The position numbers and the translations under genes are program-made. A DNA stretch of 64,000 nucleotides from the human T2T-CHM13v2.0 reference genome, Homo sapiens. Within the stretch, counting starts at the first letter, position 1; each line of letters opens with the position of its first letter. The notes under the pieces were generated by a model. That model did not search any database. It was not told where the DNA came from and saw only the letters and a program-made list of their open reading frames with translations. The stretch is from the NCBI RefSeq assembly GCF_009914755.1, contig NC_060946.1. One strand, 5' to 3'. Below, piece by piece: positions 1 to 13,851 of this stretch.

Positions 1-1177
1 CTTCCAGTTCTCTTCCTCAGTAGAGGATGTCTGAAAAATCTAGTAATCATTTAATAAGGCTGCTTATGTCAGAAACTCAAATTCTTAACCTTTTTGGTGT
101 TTTGAACATTTTCCCGTTATGATTTATTAGTGTATTCTGCATAGACAATCCAATTATTCATCCTGCTGAAAAGTAGCGGATGCCTATAGATGCCTTTCTT
201 TTTGTAAAAGGTATTGTTTTTCCTGAGACCTGGATGAATTTCCAGGAGCCATTCAAGGACATGAGAACAGCCACTTAGAACTTGAAAGGTTCCTCTCATG
301 GCCCTCAGACCAGGCTAACGAGATTCGATAATTTGAACTCTGGCACTCCTTTCCTCACAGGCTGAAAGACTAGCACAATATTAATGTCTATCTGTGCTTA
401 AAGGTTTGAGCTATTGATCAGAGTCCAAAATTAGTTTGTGTAGGGGAACTTTTCTTAAAGACATAAAAAGATACCATTTAATATATTGTTTCCAAAATAT
501 GTTTCTCACATATTTCCACTGTGAGAAAGAGGTTCTGTGGTCAAATAAGAAACCTCAGCACACTCTTAGAGAATCCCAGTTGTTGTCAGCAGCAAAAAAA
601 TGTATGTGATCAGTTTCTTAAACTTATTTAAATGTTTGAAAAGTTAGAAAATTGTGGCGAAGAGCATTCTTGAGTCTTGGGAGTGTATTACCTTGATGAG
701 AATGTTTGTGTATTTGAAACTGAAAATGTGTATCAGTTTATATTGCCACATACTGATTTTTATGACATGATACATGGTGTAGAGAGCAGGTTGTCTAAAA
801 ACCAATACTGGCAAAATGCTGAATATTCAGCATGGTTTTATGAAGTTGACAGATGTGGAGTGTATTTTGCATGTGTCTTAACTTACAGATGAGGAAATGA
901 AGTTGCAGAGAGATTAAATTAGCCAAGCCAGGGGTTTCGGTGCTAGGAAGTCTTGATATTGTAAAATATAGCCATATAACTTTAAAAAAAAGAATCCAGA
1001 CAAAAGGAAAACAAAATCATTGTAAACACATAATCCACTTTAAGTTCACAAAATGTTTTAAACATAATTAAGGCTATGCTTGACTTACCTACTTGTTTAT
1101 TTCCTATCAAGGATGACCGGGAACTAGCCATTGATAAACATTCATTATTCTTACATTTTCTTTCTTTTTTCTGCGTC

Positions 1178-1191
1178 CTCTCTCTCTCTCA

Positions 1192-1247
<56 letters not shown>
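1178..1247. repeat. (CT)n-(CA)n compound microsatellite
   Basis: ctctctctctctc, then ~27 AC units; explains the HTHTHT and VCVCVC ORFs. Confidence 0.97.
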
Positions 1248-1249
<2 letters not shown>

Positions 1250-1412
1250 CTCAGAAGTACTAGTGCTGTATCCTGAAATTGTTTCTTTAGTTCTTGTCAA
1301 AATTCCTCCGATTTTATTTTTTGTGTCCTGAAATACTGTTGAGATTAACATCCTCATTGCCTTCCAAAATATCTGACTTTATTTTTTGTATGTGCCTTTT
1401 ACTCTTTGGTAG

Positions 1413-1469
1413 AGTTATGGATTCACTACCAGATTCTACTGTATGCTCTGACAACTATGACCACAATGG
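1413..1469 (+). pseudogene. TPTEP1: candidate 57-nt exon of the TPTE pseudogene transcript
   Basis: ctttggtag|AGTTATGG...CACAATGG|gtgagt; strong donor; length is a multiple of 3. Confidence 0.65.
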
Positions 1470-2319
1470 GTGAGTTGACTGATCTAAGTGGTGAAAAATA
1501 CTGGGAGCATCAATGGCAATAACAGCTTTCTATCAGAGACTTTAAGCATCTTTGGTAACATTGTTTTTGAACCAGAGTGGAAAAAATAAGATCAGGTCAG
1601 AAGAGGGATGCTGGGTGCTCAAAGATAGTTTGTGACCCCAAGTAATTAGCAGCCAAAACCTTAGGAAACGATCAGAATGCCTGTGTATGAGACTCTGTCA
1701 AGAGTGATCCAAGAGAGTAGAGAATCCTACTTGGAGAAAGAAGGTGGTAGCATTGGACAGGCAGCGGAGGAGCCCTCAGCAGAAAGAAAGGAGCTAAGAG
1801 ACCCTGTATCTGTCCCTCACGCTTCAGAGCTGGTGCCCCAAACTCAAAGCCATCATCACATTGTATGGAGCCCCTGCCTCAGGTTTAGTCACTTGATCCT
1901 ATTTGAGGGGAAGCAAAGATATCTGTGACTCATGAAGAGCATAAAGGTGGTGGAGGGACTTGATAATTAGGAAATCAAAATGGGCAAGAATAATGTGTGC
2001 CTACAAATGGGACATGAATTTGAAGCAAATTTAAGTTAAATTTGCTGCCATACATGATGATCAAGTTCAGTAATAAAAAATTGTATTTAAATCTTGATTC
2101 ATTAAACTTTTTTGAGAGTCCTAAACAATTTTTATTACCAACACATAGAGACTTCTTTCTAGAGAAAAATCAAGTACCAGGTGCCAAATAACAGATTTAC
2201 ATGAGAATTTTCAGGGACAACACATTGTAATTTGTAGCACAATCATAGCCAATTTGAACCAAAAAAAAAGTTGTGTATGCATTTATGTTGTTTCTTACTA
2301 TTTACCTTTCAATCCTTTG

Positions 2320-2373
2320 CACTGACCCCAATGAATTGACATCAGAAATCTGTGCTGTAGTCAACAATGAAAG
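2320..2373 (+). pseudogene. dead 54-nt TPTE-repeat-like micro-exon (TDPNELTSEICAVVNNES); splice sites lost
   Basis: Aligns with the copies at 8614, 9258, 10476 and 11353; flanks are tg| and |at instead of ag| and |gt. Confidence 0.55.
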
Positions 2374-2958
2374 ATGATGTCATAATATATATTGGAGATG
2401 GGAGGAATTCAGGTTTGTGAAATTCAGTCTCAGAATTATTCATGGGAAAATAGTTTTCTGGACACTGATTCTAAAATTCTTTCTAAAAAGTTGGGTCTTA
2501 AGTAAGCTAAGTCATATTTACCATATCTTTTAGATTCAAGGAATTTTGTTGTTCAAATAAATTGGTCATATCACCACTCCATGTGGCAAATCTCTAATAT
2601 ATTTTTGCATTTGATGTTTGAAGTAAAATGCAGCAACCTTACATAGAGCTTTAATTATAAGCTTCATGTGTTCAAATATAATTGGTACTTTTATAACTGA
2701 TGCAGTTTTTGTTATACTCAGAAAGTTATTTATCGTAAGATTACCAATATAGTCACCAAAATATTTTTTTATATTTTGAATTAATTTTCCACATTTAAAT
2801 AAAGCGCTGCTGCTGTTGTTACTATTCCCTTTTAACGTCTCCCCAAATTAGTGTTTTATTCTGTACACTTTATGAGATGGCAGCTTAACAATACCCTTAA
2901 TATGGCCCAAGGATTCTACAAAAGGAAATGCTGGTGTGTTTTGTCAAAAGTGTTTTCT

Positions 2959-3251
2959 GGCTGGGCATGGTGGCTCAAGCCTGTAATCCCAGCACTTTGG
3001 GAGGCTGAGGCAGGTGGACCATGAGGTCAGGAGTTCAAGACCAGCCTGGCCAATATGGTAAAACCGCGTCTCTACTAAAAATACAAAAACTAGCTGGGCA
3101 TGGTGGTGCATGCCTGTAGTCCCAGCTACTCGGGAGGCTGAGGCAGAAGGATCACTTGAATCCGGGAGGCAGAGGTTGCGGTGAACTGAGACAGCACCGC
3201 TGCACTGCAGCCTCGATGACAGAGCAAAACTCTGTCTCAAAAAAAAAAAAA
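2959..3251 (+). mobile_element. AluS
   Basis: Dimeric Alu with A-tail; TSD aaaagtgttt(t/c)ct. Confidence 0.95.
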
Positions 3252-4479
3252 GTGTTTCCTGTGCAGATTATCTATTCACCACTTGCAGATTTGAAGTTTA
3301 CTAGGCATGTGTGATATCTAAAAGTTCATTTGAAGAAAAAGTTTCAATGCCAAAAATGTTTAAAAGTGGGATATAGGAAGATGATGCAAAGGTGGAATCT
3401 CCAAACATTTCCATTTTCACCAGGAGGACTTAATAGAATGTCTAACAGCTACTTTTAGATATTTTTGAAATGTGAGAGGGGTGAGTTAGTTAACACAAAG
3501 TAGACTGTGAGATTAAAATGTCTATTCACTCTAAAATCTCAGCATTCACTTTCTTATTGTCAAGTTATTCATCAGACTCTTTTCAGAGACAACCTAAATG
3601 CAAGCTCTTAGAATATTACAACATCTTTTATATGAGATGACAGGAAATAATTTCATGGCCTTTTAAAGGATAGATGAGGGATTTGAATACCACTTTCAGA
3701 TTAAGTAACTCCTTTATTGAATATTACACTGTTTTATGGTTCATATCTCTATTGTGGTTGAGAGTTATTGCCAGATTTATTCGCTGACAAGTAAATATTA
3801 TTCAGTTTATAATTAATATCCACGTTGGGGGGAGATACTTTCAGTCTATGTTAGAACTATCTTCAATGTTCAGTATCCTGTTCCACATAAAACTTTCATG
3901 CACTAGTTTTAGCATTCATTGATTTTTATGTGAATCAGTTGTAACTGTGATCATTACAAAATGGTGATTTTTTTTAAAAAAAAGCAGTTCTTCTGTGTTT
4001 AATAAGTACCATTCTATTATAAGGAGAGCTATTCCTGCCCCTATTTATTCACTATTACTATGAACTTATAAATTCTTACATTATTTCAATGAATTACAAT
4101 CCTTTCTGTCATTATTTATTTTGATGTTTAAATGGTCCCATATTTGGCCAGTGGGACTCCCTAAAAGCTAGCCCCTGTGTCCTTTTGACTTGACATGTTC
4201 CCATCACTTTTTGAGCATTTCCCCAGCCCTGGAATCAGCCATTTACCCAAAGAACCTCATTCCCTTTAGAAACCAATATTTTGCATTTGGTATGCTGATT
4301 GCCATTGGCTCATTGCTACTTGTAGGCCTTTTTAATATATAGATGAGAGTACAGATATACATATTGACATATACAGATATATATACATATGCAACAATTT
4401 TAATATGTTTAATACACAGTATATACATTTATATGTGTTCTGTAAACTATGTATTATTGTTTTGCCTATATGTTTTTAA

Positions 4480-7400
4480 GTTTACTTAAATGGTATTAAG
4501 TTGTATCTCATTTTGTTAGTTTTTTGCTTAGTAACATAAGATTATTCTTCTTGTGCATACCTTTTGTTGTTGCTTTTAACTGGTATGAAAAATTGCACAG
4601 CATGCATCCCCTAGTGAGGAACACATATATTGCTTCCTACCATTTGCCTTCACAAAGAGTGCCGCTAAATGATTATCCTTATGCCAGACCCCTATAGACC
4701 TGTTTGAGTATTTCTGTAGGAACATGAAACAGGACTTGATGGGCCATGGGATTGCATATTTTGAATTTGACTGAATACTGCCTATTGCTCTCCAATGGTT
4801 ATACCAGTCTGCATCTCCTGAACAATGCATGATGGTTCCTACACATACACATTCACAACAACACTTGACATTATCAAACTTTCCAATTTATATAATCAGT
4901 CTAATAGATGGTAACATATTGCATTATGTTTTACTTTGAATTTATGCGATAACTTATGAATTTGAGCATCATTTTATGTTCTTATAACATTTGGGATTTC
5001 TTCTGTAATGGACTATTCATGAACTTAGCCTGTTTTTCCACTAGTGTTCCTATCTTTGTCTTGTTAATTTACGTGTGCTGTTTTTGAATATTTTATATTT
5101 TAGAATAAGTTAATCAAATTTCTTTTAAAATTATGTTTAATTTTCAAAGTGATTATGTTACATTTGTAAACAATATAGCAAGAATTCACTCTTTTTAGTA
5201 ACATTAAAAACATGGTGCTATTGTTTGGAGGTTTGTACCCCCAGAACCGCATGTTGAAATTTGATCCCCAATGTTGGAGGTGGGGCCTAATGGAAGGTGT
5301 TTGGAAGATGAATAGATTAATTCCCTCCCTTGGAGTGAGGGTGAGTGAGTACTCACTGTATTAGTTCTTGCAAGAGCTGGTGGTTTAAAAAGAGACCAGC
5401 GGCTTCCCGCACCTTGATTCCCCTCTTGCCATTTGACCTCTGCACGTGTCAATTCCCCTTCATCTTCCACCATAAATGGGAGCAGCCTCAGAAGCAGATG
5501 TTGGCATCAGGCTTCTTGTGCAGCACACAACTGTGAGCCAAATAAACCTCTTTTCTTTATAAATTACCCAGCCTCAGGTATCCCTTATGGCAACACTAAA
5601 CAGACTCAGATGCATGGAATCCCATTCAAAAGTTTGGACTATCGCTTTATGTATTCAAATCATCCTTCATGTCAGTTTTAGACATTGAAGTTATGTTCTC
5701 TAATCCATCATCTGCCTGTTAGCTTTGGCATTGTTGTTCTTCATTCTCTTCATGACAGAACTTTTTGCCTTATTATTTTACTTTTGAAGTTTGAAATTTT
5801 CCCACTTTCAGTCTACAAAGGTAATTTCTAATCCTCATAGTTTTAATTTACACATTTAATGCTTTAATGTACTTAGAGTCTACCCTTCAATATGGTGTTA
5901 GGTAGGGATTTGGTTTCATTTTTCTCTCAATGGTAGGCTGATTTTCCAAATACCATCTATGAAACAGTTCATCCTTTTTCCTTGTTTATATAATCATCGT
6001 CAATGACATATATCTACATAGGTTTATCTCTGAGCTCAATATTTTGCTCCATTGATACTTACGGCATCCCTACACCTTTTTTTATTACCATGATTAGTTA
6101 TTAATGGAGCCTTTATATGTTGATACAGATTTTGTAGTAAGTATGTCAATATTCTAAAAAATTTTGAAAAATACCTATGTGGGCCCTGTGGTGTTTGGGA
6201 GAGGGAAGTGCTTTAAATACTAGGTTGATTTCTTTGTTACTTGAGTATTCTATTTCTATATAAATATATTTTCTTGCACTAATGTTAGTGTCTTATATTC
6301 GTCTAGGAATTTTTCCATTCCATCTAAGTTTTCACATTTATTAGCATATAATTGAATAATCTCATTTTAAAAAATTTTAGTTGTGTTCTAGTTATGCTCC
6401 CTTCTTGTACATTTTATTTGGATATTCACTCTGTTTGTTCTTGATTATTATTGCCACAGGTCTATTGTAGTAATCTTTTCAAAGAGACACACTTTTGTTT
6501 TGTTAATCTTCTCCACGGTTTTTTCTTCTCCAGTTCAGTGACTTATGCTTACCTCCTTATGTTTTGCTTCCTTATTACTCCATAGACTTTGCCCTGTGCT
6601 CCTTTTCCAACCTCTCTACTTAAATGTGTACTCTTTGTTTTTAACCATCTTGACTTCTTATTAATGCTTATATATTGGTAAATTTTCTTCTAAATATTGC
6701 TTCATTGTATCCTACAAACTTTGTCATGTTATTATCAATCAGTTCTTAGTATTTAAAATATTTCGTGATTTCCCTTTTAACATAAGAGGCATTCAGTAAT
6801 GTGTAATTTAGTTTCAAATGTGGGTTTTTTTAAAAAAGCTAATCATATTACAGTATATTCAGAGAACAGCAATATGATATTGATCCTGTGGACTTTATCC
6901 TGTGGAAGCTTTCTTTATGGTACAGAGAGCTATGATGTTGGTCTGTCCTTGTGCCCTCATAGGTCTTTTGCTCTTTCTAGAAGGTGTTAGAATTTTCTCT
7001 TTGTCTCCATTAGATAATTAAAGCTGATATATTTCTTTCTTGAATTCTGGGAAATTTATCATCATAAATTTTCACATTTTATTTTGCATTTTTAGTTTTC
7101 ATTTCTTCTTAGATTTTCATATTCTAGATGTTAGATAGCTGTTTTTATTCTCCATAACATTCTTCTTTTTAGTATGTTCTCTTTATTCTTTTCTACTATT
7201 TTCTGGGTAGGTTTCTCAATCTAATCTTCTAACTCTAAATTAATTAGCTTTTCACATATATCCAAACTACTATTTATCCCTCACCAATTTATATTTTTTG
7301 ACAGTCATACTTTTACAGTTAAGGCTTTCTCTTTTATTTTTTCTTACGACTCCCATTCTCATTTCATGTTTCAACATCTTCCTTTGTGTTCTCTTATCCT

Positions 7401-7600
7401 TAAGAATATTTGTCATGCTTACTTTAAAATCTTGGTCAGTGTGTTCCAGTAGTTTTGCTACAGTTGGTATGCTGTTGTTCAGCTTGTTGTATTTCTTTTT
7501 CAGTAGTTGTATTCCTCAGATATCTAATCATGTTGGTTTGTGAACTCAGATTTTTTGTGGCTATTGGCTACTCTGTCTTGTCATTTGTATTGGGGAAGGA
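4480..7600 (-). mobile_element. old degraded L1M fragments, interrupted by an MST LTR
   Basis: T-rich, weak similarity to the antisense L1 3' end/ORF2; boundaries approximate. Confidence 0.5.
5216..5610 (+). mobile_element. MST-type ERVL-MaLR solo LTR
   Basis: tgctattgtttg...gttgaaatttgatccccaatgttggaggtggggcctaatgg...aataaacctcttttctttataaattacccagcctcagg. Confidence 0.85.
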
Positions 7601-7830
7601 CTGAAGGACAATCTCAGTCTGCTGCTGTTCTTACAACATAATTATTAATAGCACCCACTTTTTCCTTTCAAAAGTGTCCTGGTTTGGGCAGGAATTATAT
7701 AGTCAGTCGCACTGAAATCTAGGACGTAAGCTGTGTCATTGTCAGTAAGTTTAAAATGAAGAGAAGTGATGTGCCCCAGGGTAGAGAGTCTCAGGAACCA
7801 TGAAACACTGACCAGGCAACTCCTGTGGGT

Positions 7831-8231
7831 TGTGAAAAGGAAAAACTTTAGACAAGGTAAATTTAAGAGTTTAATAGTGCAAGAATGATTTGTTAGTTGG
7901 GAAGCTTTTAGAACGAGAACAAGTTCTGAGAACTGCAAGCTGGCAATGTGGCCAGACAGCATTATGGACAGAAAATGGAAATGAGGTCCAGAAACAGCTT
8001 TGTTGTTTACAACTGATTACAGCTGGATGTTTTGTCTTATTTGAATCAGTCAGCCACCCGCAATTGACTGAAGCTCAGCCGCTGTAATTGACTGAGACAC
8101 AGCTGTCTGTTACAAGTGTATATTCTATTCATAATTATGCTGTTAGTTTACACACTAGGTTAGCTTGCAGTTTGTTGCATAAGGACTCAAGTACAGAGGC
8201 AACCTCAGGGAAAATTTCGTTTAATTAAACA
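7831..8231. mobile_element. ERV1-class LTR (subfamily uncertain)
   Basis: tgtgaaaaggaaaaactttagacaa...gttgcataaggactcaagtacagaggc...aaaca; TG...CA ends. Confidence 0.55.
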
Positions 8232-8613
8232 ACTATATCACCTTGAAGCTCCTGAACAAAGCAGCATTGGAGGAGACAATCTCTCTGGTTTGTAACCTGG
8301 GCTTTGGAGATGGAGGCAGGTGGAGGAGTGAAGGCCCAAGGATGGCTCTTCAGCCCTTCCCTGTTTTCATCAGCCAGCCTAATGCTCTCCTAATTTTACT
8401 GTAACTACTTCTAGGTAGTTGCTGTTGTTGTCTATGGAGACAGGCAGGGATGGTCACTATTGTTTCCAAATGGCTAAATTGCATGTGTTGTGTTTTGTTT
8501 TTTTAGAACAGCTAGTTTATTAGTTGTAGGGTTATTGTAGCTAATTTGAATAAAAATTAAGCCTACAAATTCACATGGTATTTGATTATGTACAATTTAG
8601 TTTAATTCTTTAG

Positions 8614-8709
8614 CTCTGACCCAAATGAACTGATATCACTAGCCCATGATGGAGTCCTCAGTGAAAGTGAAATGATATCACTAGCCTATAATGGAGTCAT
8701 CAGTGAAAG
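8614..8709 (+). pseudogene. 96-nt TPTE-repeat-like micro-exon (54 nt plus an internal 42-bp tandem duplication)
   Basis: ttctttag|C TCT GAC CCA AAT GAA...AGT GAA AG|gtgttg; open frame SDPNELISLAHDGVLSESEMISLAYNGVISES. Confidence 0.6.
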
Positions 8710-8959
8710 GTGTTGTGTGTGTGTGTATGTTCATAAAGATACACGCAAATGTTAACTATAGAGTTTCTTGGACACTGTTTCTAAAGTACTGGTAGTTTCA
8801 GCTTCTGTATGTAACATCCTTTTCTTTTTGTGTCTACTTGGATACAAGATAAATAGATCACAAGAAGTCTACTTCTTCTTCCTAGCTGAGTTGACTCGTA
8901 GCCAAAACTTTTAGAAAACTGTTAGATTGCCTGTGTATGAGATTCTACCAGGTTGGGCT

Positions 8960-9170
8960 ATATTAGTTTCTAGGGCTGCTTTAACAAAGTATCACAAACC
9001 AAGTGGCTTAAACAAAAATTAATGATCTCATAGTCCTAGAGACTAGAAATCTGAAATTGAGGTTGTCAGTAGGGTTGGTTTTTTATGAAGGCTATAAGGA
9101 AGAATCTGATACCTCTTTGCTAGCTTTTGCTGGTTGCTGGCAATCTTTGGCATTCCTTGGCAGGTAGACT
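8960..9170 (-). mobile_element. MLT1 (ERVL-MaLR) fragment
   Basis: tattagtttctagggctgctttaacaaagtatcacaaaccaagtggcttaaac...ctggcaatctttggcattccttgg. Confidence 0.75.
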
Positions 9171-9257
9171 CATGTCTAGAGTAACTGCAGCTATTTGACC
9201 AAAAGTGTAAGTCCAATTATGTTTGTATCTGAATAATATGCTTTTATAATTCCTCAG

Positions 9258-9311
9258 CCCACAGCCAATTGAGTTGATGGTAGTAACCTATGATAGAGCC
9301 ACCCATGAAAT
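9258..9311 (+). pseudogene. 54-nt TPTE-repeat-like micro-exon (PQPIELMVVTYDRATHE)
   Basis: ttcctcag|CCCACAG...GAAAT|gtgaat; 1+51+2 nt, open. Confidence 0.6.
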
Positions 9312-10040
9312 GTGAATTAAAAACAAAGATTTATATACACGTAGGTATATATATACATATATACACATAACATACACGCATGCATACACATACACAGAAA
9401 CATAAAACAAAGAGAAAGAGAAGTTGATATTTGTAAAATTCACTGTCAGGCATATCCTTGGAAATACAGAGTATCTTTGACACTATGTCTAAATCTTCTC
9501 ACTGTAGGATCTATAGATAACCTTCTTTTTTTTTTTTTTTTTTTTTCAGACCAAATTGGATAAAAGAGGATGAAGTCATGAAAGGGATGTTTCTTCCTCT
9601 TAGTATATTTGTCACTCTAAGTTAGTAGTATGCAATCCCTTAGGAACCTCTGAGGTTTTCCATTTATGAGACTCTCCTACTACTAGAGTGGGCCAAAGGG
9701 AGAGAGAATCCTATTTGGAGCAATGGGGAGGTAACAGGTGACAGGGAGGAGTGAAGCACTCAGCAAAAAGAACAGGGTTCATGAAACCGTAATGGGTTCC
9801 TCACCCTCTAGTGTTCTACCACCATGTGAGGCTGGTGCCCCAAACCAAACCCAAACCCACAATCATTTTGTAGGGAGTTCCTGACTCAGGCCTACAGCTA
9901 CATGGTCATATCTTCTGGGCAGGAAAGACAGCCATGATGGGTGAAAGTAAAGAAGTGACGGACTTAGGAATCAAGAATTTAGATGGGGTAAGAGGCATGT
10001 TTCCTTACAGACTGCAGTTACGTTAGAAATAAATGCCACT

Positions 10041-10345
<305 letters not shown>

Positions 10346-10475
10346 TTAGTGATATACACATGAATATTTAAATATCAACCAGATAGTACATTATAGAGTA
10401 ACTGTAGCTGTTTGATCCAAAAAGTAAGTTTAGAATTACATGTGTGTCCAACTATCTGCTTTTATATTCCTTTAG

Positions 10476-10526
10476 CCTGCATACAGAATTGACATCAATG
10501 ACCTATGATAGAACCACCAATGAAAT
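10476..10526 (+). pseudogene. 51-nt TPTE-repeat-like micro-exon (LHTELTSMTYDRTTNE)
   Basis: ttcctttag|CCTGCAT...GAAAT|gtgaat; close paralog of the 9258 copy. Confidence 0.6.
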
Positions 10527-11352
10527 GTGAATTATAAAATATATATTCACAAATATTTAAAGAAATATATATGCAGATATACATACTTCTGTCTATCTAG
10601 ACACACAAACACAGGGAGAGAGAGAAAGGGAGAGAAAGAGAAAGAAACAACAGAGAGAAAGATGAAGATTATGTGCTTACTCTCAGGATCATCCATGTCC
10701 ATACAGAATGTCTTTTACACTGTTTATAAACCTCCTCACTATAGGCCCTGCAGGCCCCTTATTCAACTTTTTGATTAAATTGGATAAAAAAGGAACAGGG
10801 CAAAAGGAAACTTCTTGTTATTGTCTTGTCACCCTTAGTAGCAGGCACATACTTAGGAAAGTCAGATTTCCTGTGTATGAGACATACTAGAGTGGACCAA
10901 GGGAAGAAAACCCTATGCAGAGCAACAAGCGAGTAGCAGTGGACAGGGAGCAGTGGGGCCCTCGGGGAAAAAACAGAGCTAATGGCCCTGGCAGGGTTCC
11001 TCACACCCAGAGCTCTACCACCATGTGAAGCTAACACTGCAAGCCCACACCCATCATCACATTGTATGGGGCAGTTTCTTGACCCTGTGTGAGAGCAGAG
11101 AAGACACCTATAATGGCAAAAACAAGGCACTCATGAAGGGATTTTAGTGTCAGGAAATGAGATGAGGTCAAGGGGATTTGTATATAGAAACTGCAGCTGA
11201 ATTTGAAATAAAGTAAACCACCAAATGCTTAGTTTGTGCTTCATTCAATTGTAAAGAACTAAACATCGTTTGTGAGTAATTCAAACCGGAAAGTGAAGTG
11301 TAGGATGTCATATTGGTGTTGGACGATACATATATATATTTAAATTCTGTAG

Positions 11353-11537
<185 letters not shown>

Positions 11538-12078
11538 CTATCTCTTTATTTTTGAATTGTCATTTAAATTTAGTTTTTGTCTGTCGTGTATAGCATGTAA
11601 TGCCTTTAATTTCAAAGTTATCTGAGAGTATTTCTCAATATGCAATATGAGAGTAATATGTTTGTATTTATGATTTCTGGTATGTTTGGTTTTATTTATC
11701 ATCTTTTTCTTTATTAAAAATACTTTGATATTTTCTTTGTAAATTTGTCTGTATTTTGCTATTAATTGATTTGTTTTTATCCCTTGCATTTTTTGTTGAT
11801 ATGCAAGTCAGAAGCCCATTTCTAGTCTATCAATGTTTATATTTAAATGTTTAGAAAACATAATTATACCATTTTATCCATCAATATCGAGAATAAAACT
11901 GGACTTGTACCTGTGAAAGATAAGAAATGCAACCTGCCTTTACTTCTATCTTCTTCCACACCTTGAATCCTAGTGTAAGAATGCCTAAAAATTCAAATCA
12001 ATACTATTATTCATGATTTTATATTATTTATCTTTACTTTTACAATCATTTATTTACATTTTCACCTGCTACATTTTT

Positions 12079-13113
12079 TTTATTATTATACTGTAAGTTC
12101 TAGGGTACATGTGCACAATGTGCAGGTTTGTTACATATTCATGCATGTGCCATGTTGGTGTGCTGTACCCATTAATTCGTCATTTACATTAGGTGTATCT
12201 CCTAACGCTATCCCTCCCCCATCCCCCCACCCCATGACAGGCCCTGGTATGTGATGTTCCCCTTCCTGTGTCCAAGGGTTCTCATTGTTCAATTCCCACC
12301 TATGAGTGAGAACATGCAGTGTTTGGTTTTCTGACCCTGCAATAGTTTGCTGAGAATGATGGTTTCCAGCTTCATCCATGTCCCTACAAAGGACATGAAC
12401 TCATCCTTTTTTATGGCTGCTTAGTATTCCATGGTGTATATGTGCCACATTTTCTTAATCCAGTCTATCATTGTTGGACATTTTGGTTGGTTCCAAGTCT
12501 TTGCTATTGTGAACAGTGCCGCAATAAACATACGTGTGCATGTGTCTTTATAGCAGCATGATTTATAATCCTTTGGGTATATACCCAGTAATGGGATGGC
12601 TGGGTTAAATGGTATTTCTAGTTTTAGATCCTTGAGGAATCGCCACACTGTCTTCCACAATGGTTGAACTAGTTTACAGTCCCACCAACAGTGTAAAAGT
12701 GTTCAATTTCTCCACATCCTCTCCAGCACCTGTTGTTTCTTGACTTTTTAATGATCACCATTCTAACTGGTGTGAGATGGTATGTCATTGTGGTTTTGAT
12801 TTGCATTTCTCTTGTGGCCAGTGATGATGAGCATTTTTTCATTCTTGGCTGCATAAATGTCTTCTTTTGAGAAGTGTCTGTTCATATCCTTTGCCCACTT
12901 TTTGATGGGGTTGTTTTTTTTCTTGTAAATTTGTTGGTGTTCTTTGTAGATTCTGGGTATTAGCCCTTTGTCAGATGAGTAGATTGCAAAAATTTTCTCC
13001 CATTCTGTAGGTTGCCTGTTCACTCTGATGGTAGTTTCTTTTGCTGTGCAGAAGCTCTTTAGTTTAATTTAGATCCTGTTTGTCAGTTTTGGCTTTTGTT
13101 GCCATTGCTTTTG
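12079..13113 (-). mobile_element. 5'-truncated L1PA4-like LINE-1 (~1.0 kb)
   Basis: ORF2 C-terminal peptides plus 3'UTR; TSD ttcacctgctacattttt at 12061 and 13114. Confidence 0.93.
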
Positions 13114-13851
13114 TTCACCTGCTACATTTTTATGCTACATTAACAATTATTATTTAGACTTACCTAATTTTGAGTTTATATTATTTACCATCTTTTCTCT
13201 GTAAGTCATCTTCCTTATTTCTATGTTCTTCATTTTGATTCATTGCTCAGCTGACTCAAGCACTTTGAGTAATTGTTTTTAGGAAAGGTACATGGAGGCT
13301 GTGCTTCGTGTTGCTTCATGTTGGAGTGTCTGTCTGTTGCTCCCGAGTGTGAACAGTACTTTTCCTGGGTATGGATTTACTGAGTCATAATTATTTCCTT
13401 GCAAACTCTGCACATAACTGCTTGAAGCTGCATTTACATAGTACACCTTTTTTAACCAAAAAAGTCTCAATTGTGAATTTACTTGGTATAGTTTCAGGGG
13501 ACACTGAAACAGATTAAGGGGCTAAAGCCACCCAAGCCACTTCTTCATGCCTTCGTAATCTGTCAGACTTGGTTCTGTATGGTGACATTGTAAAGTGAGT
13601 TCAGATTTATGACATTTCCTTGATACCCAGAGATCCAGTAGACTGTGTGGGATCAGAGGTTCTTGTAGTAAGGGAATGGCAACTTGAGGAGAGAATTCAC
13701 CTCTTTTGGCCAATTGATCCTCCATCTACATCAGCCTTAACTCCCCAAGCCTGGGTGGAGGTGGTGGGTCCAGGTGGAGAGGGGCAGATTAGAAGGATTG
13801 GGGATTTCCTTTATCTCAGGTTAACCTAACATCATTCATCAAAGGCCAATT

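Noticed and set aside
816-833. 18-bp perfect palindrome atgctgaatattcagcat and the surrounding 71-aa ORF (677-892)
   Set aside because: A 9-bp-arm palindrome is expected about 0.2 times or more by chance in 64 kb; the ORF has a non-ATG start and no recognisable homology
1076-1357. ORFs with HT or VC repeats
   Set aside because: Translations of the (CA)n microsatellite
2944-3240. Alu-derived ORFs (this one and similar ones at 10.0, 17.2, 23.5, 50.3, 50.9, 56.2 and 57.0 kb)
   Set aside because: Standard translations of Alu consensus, not genes
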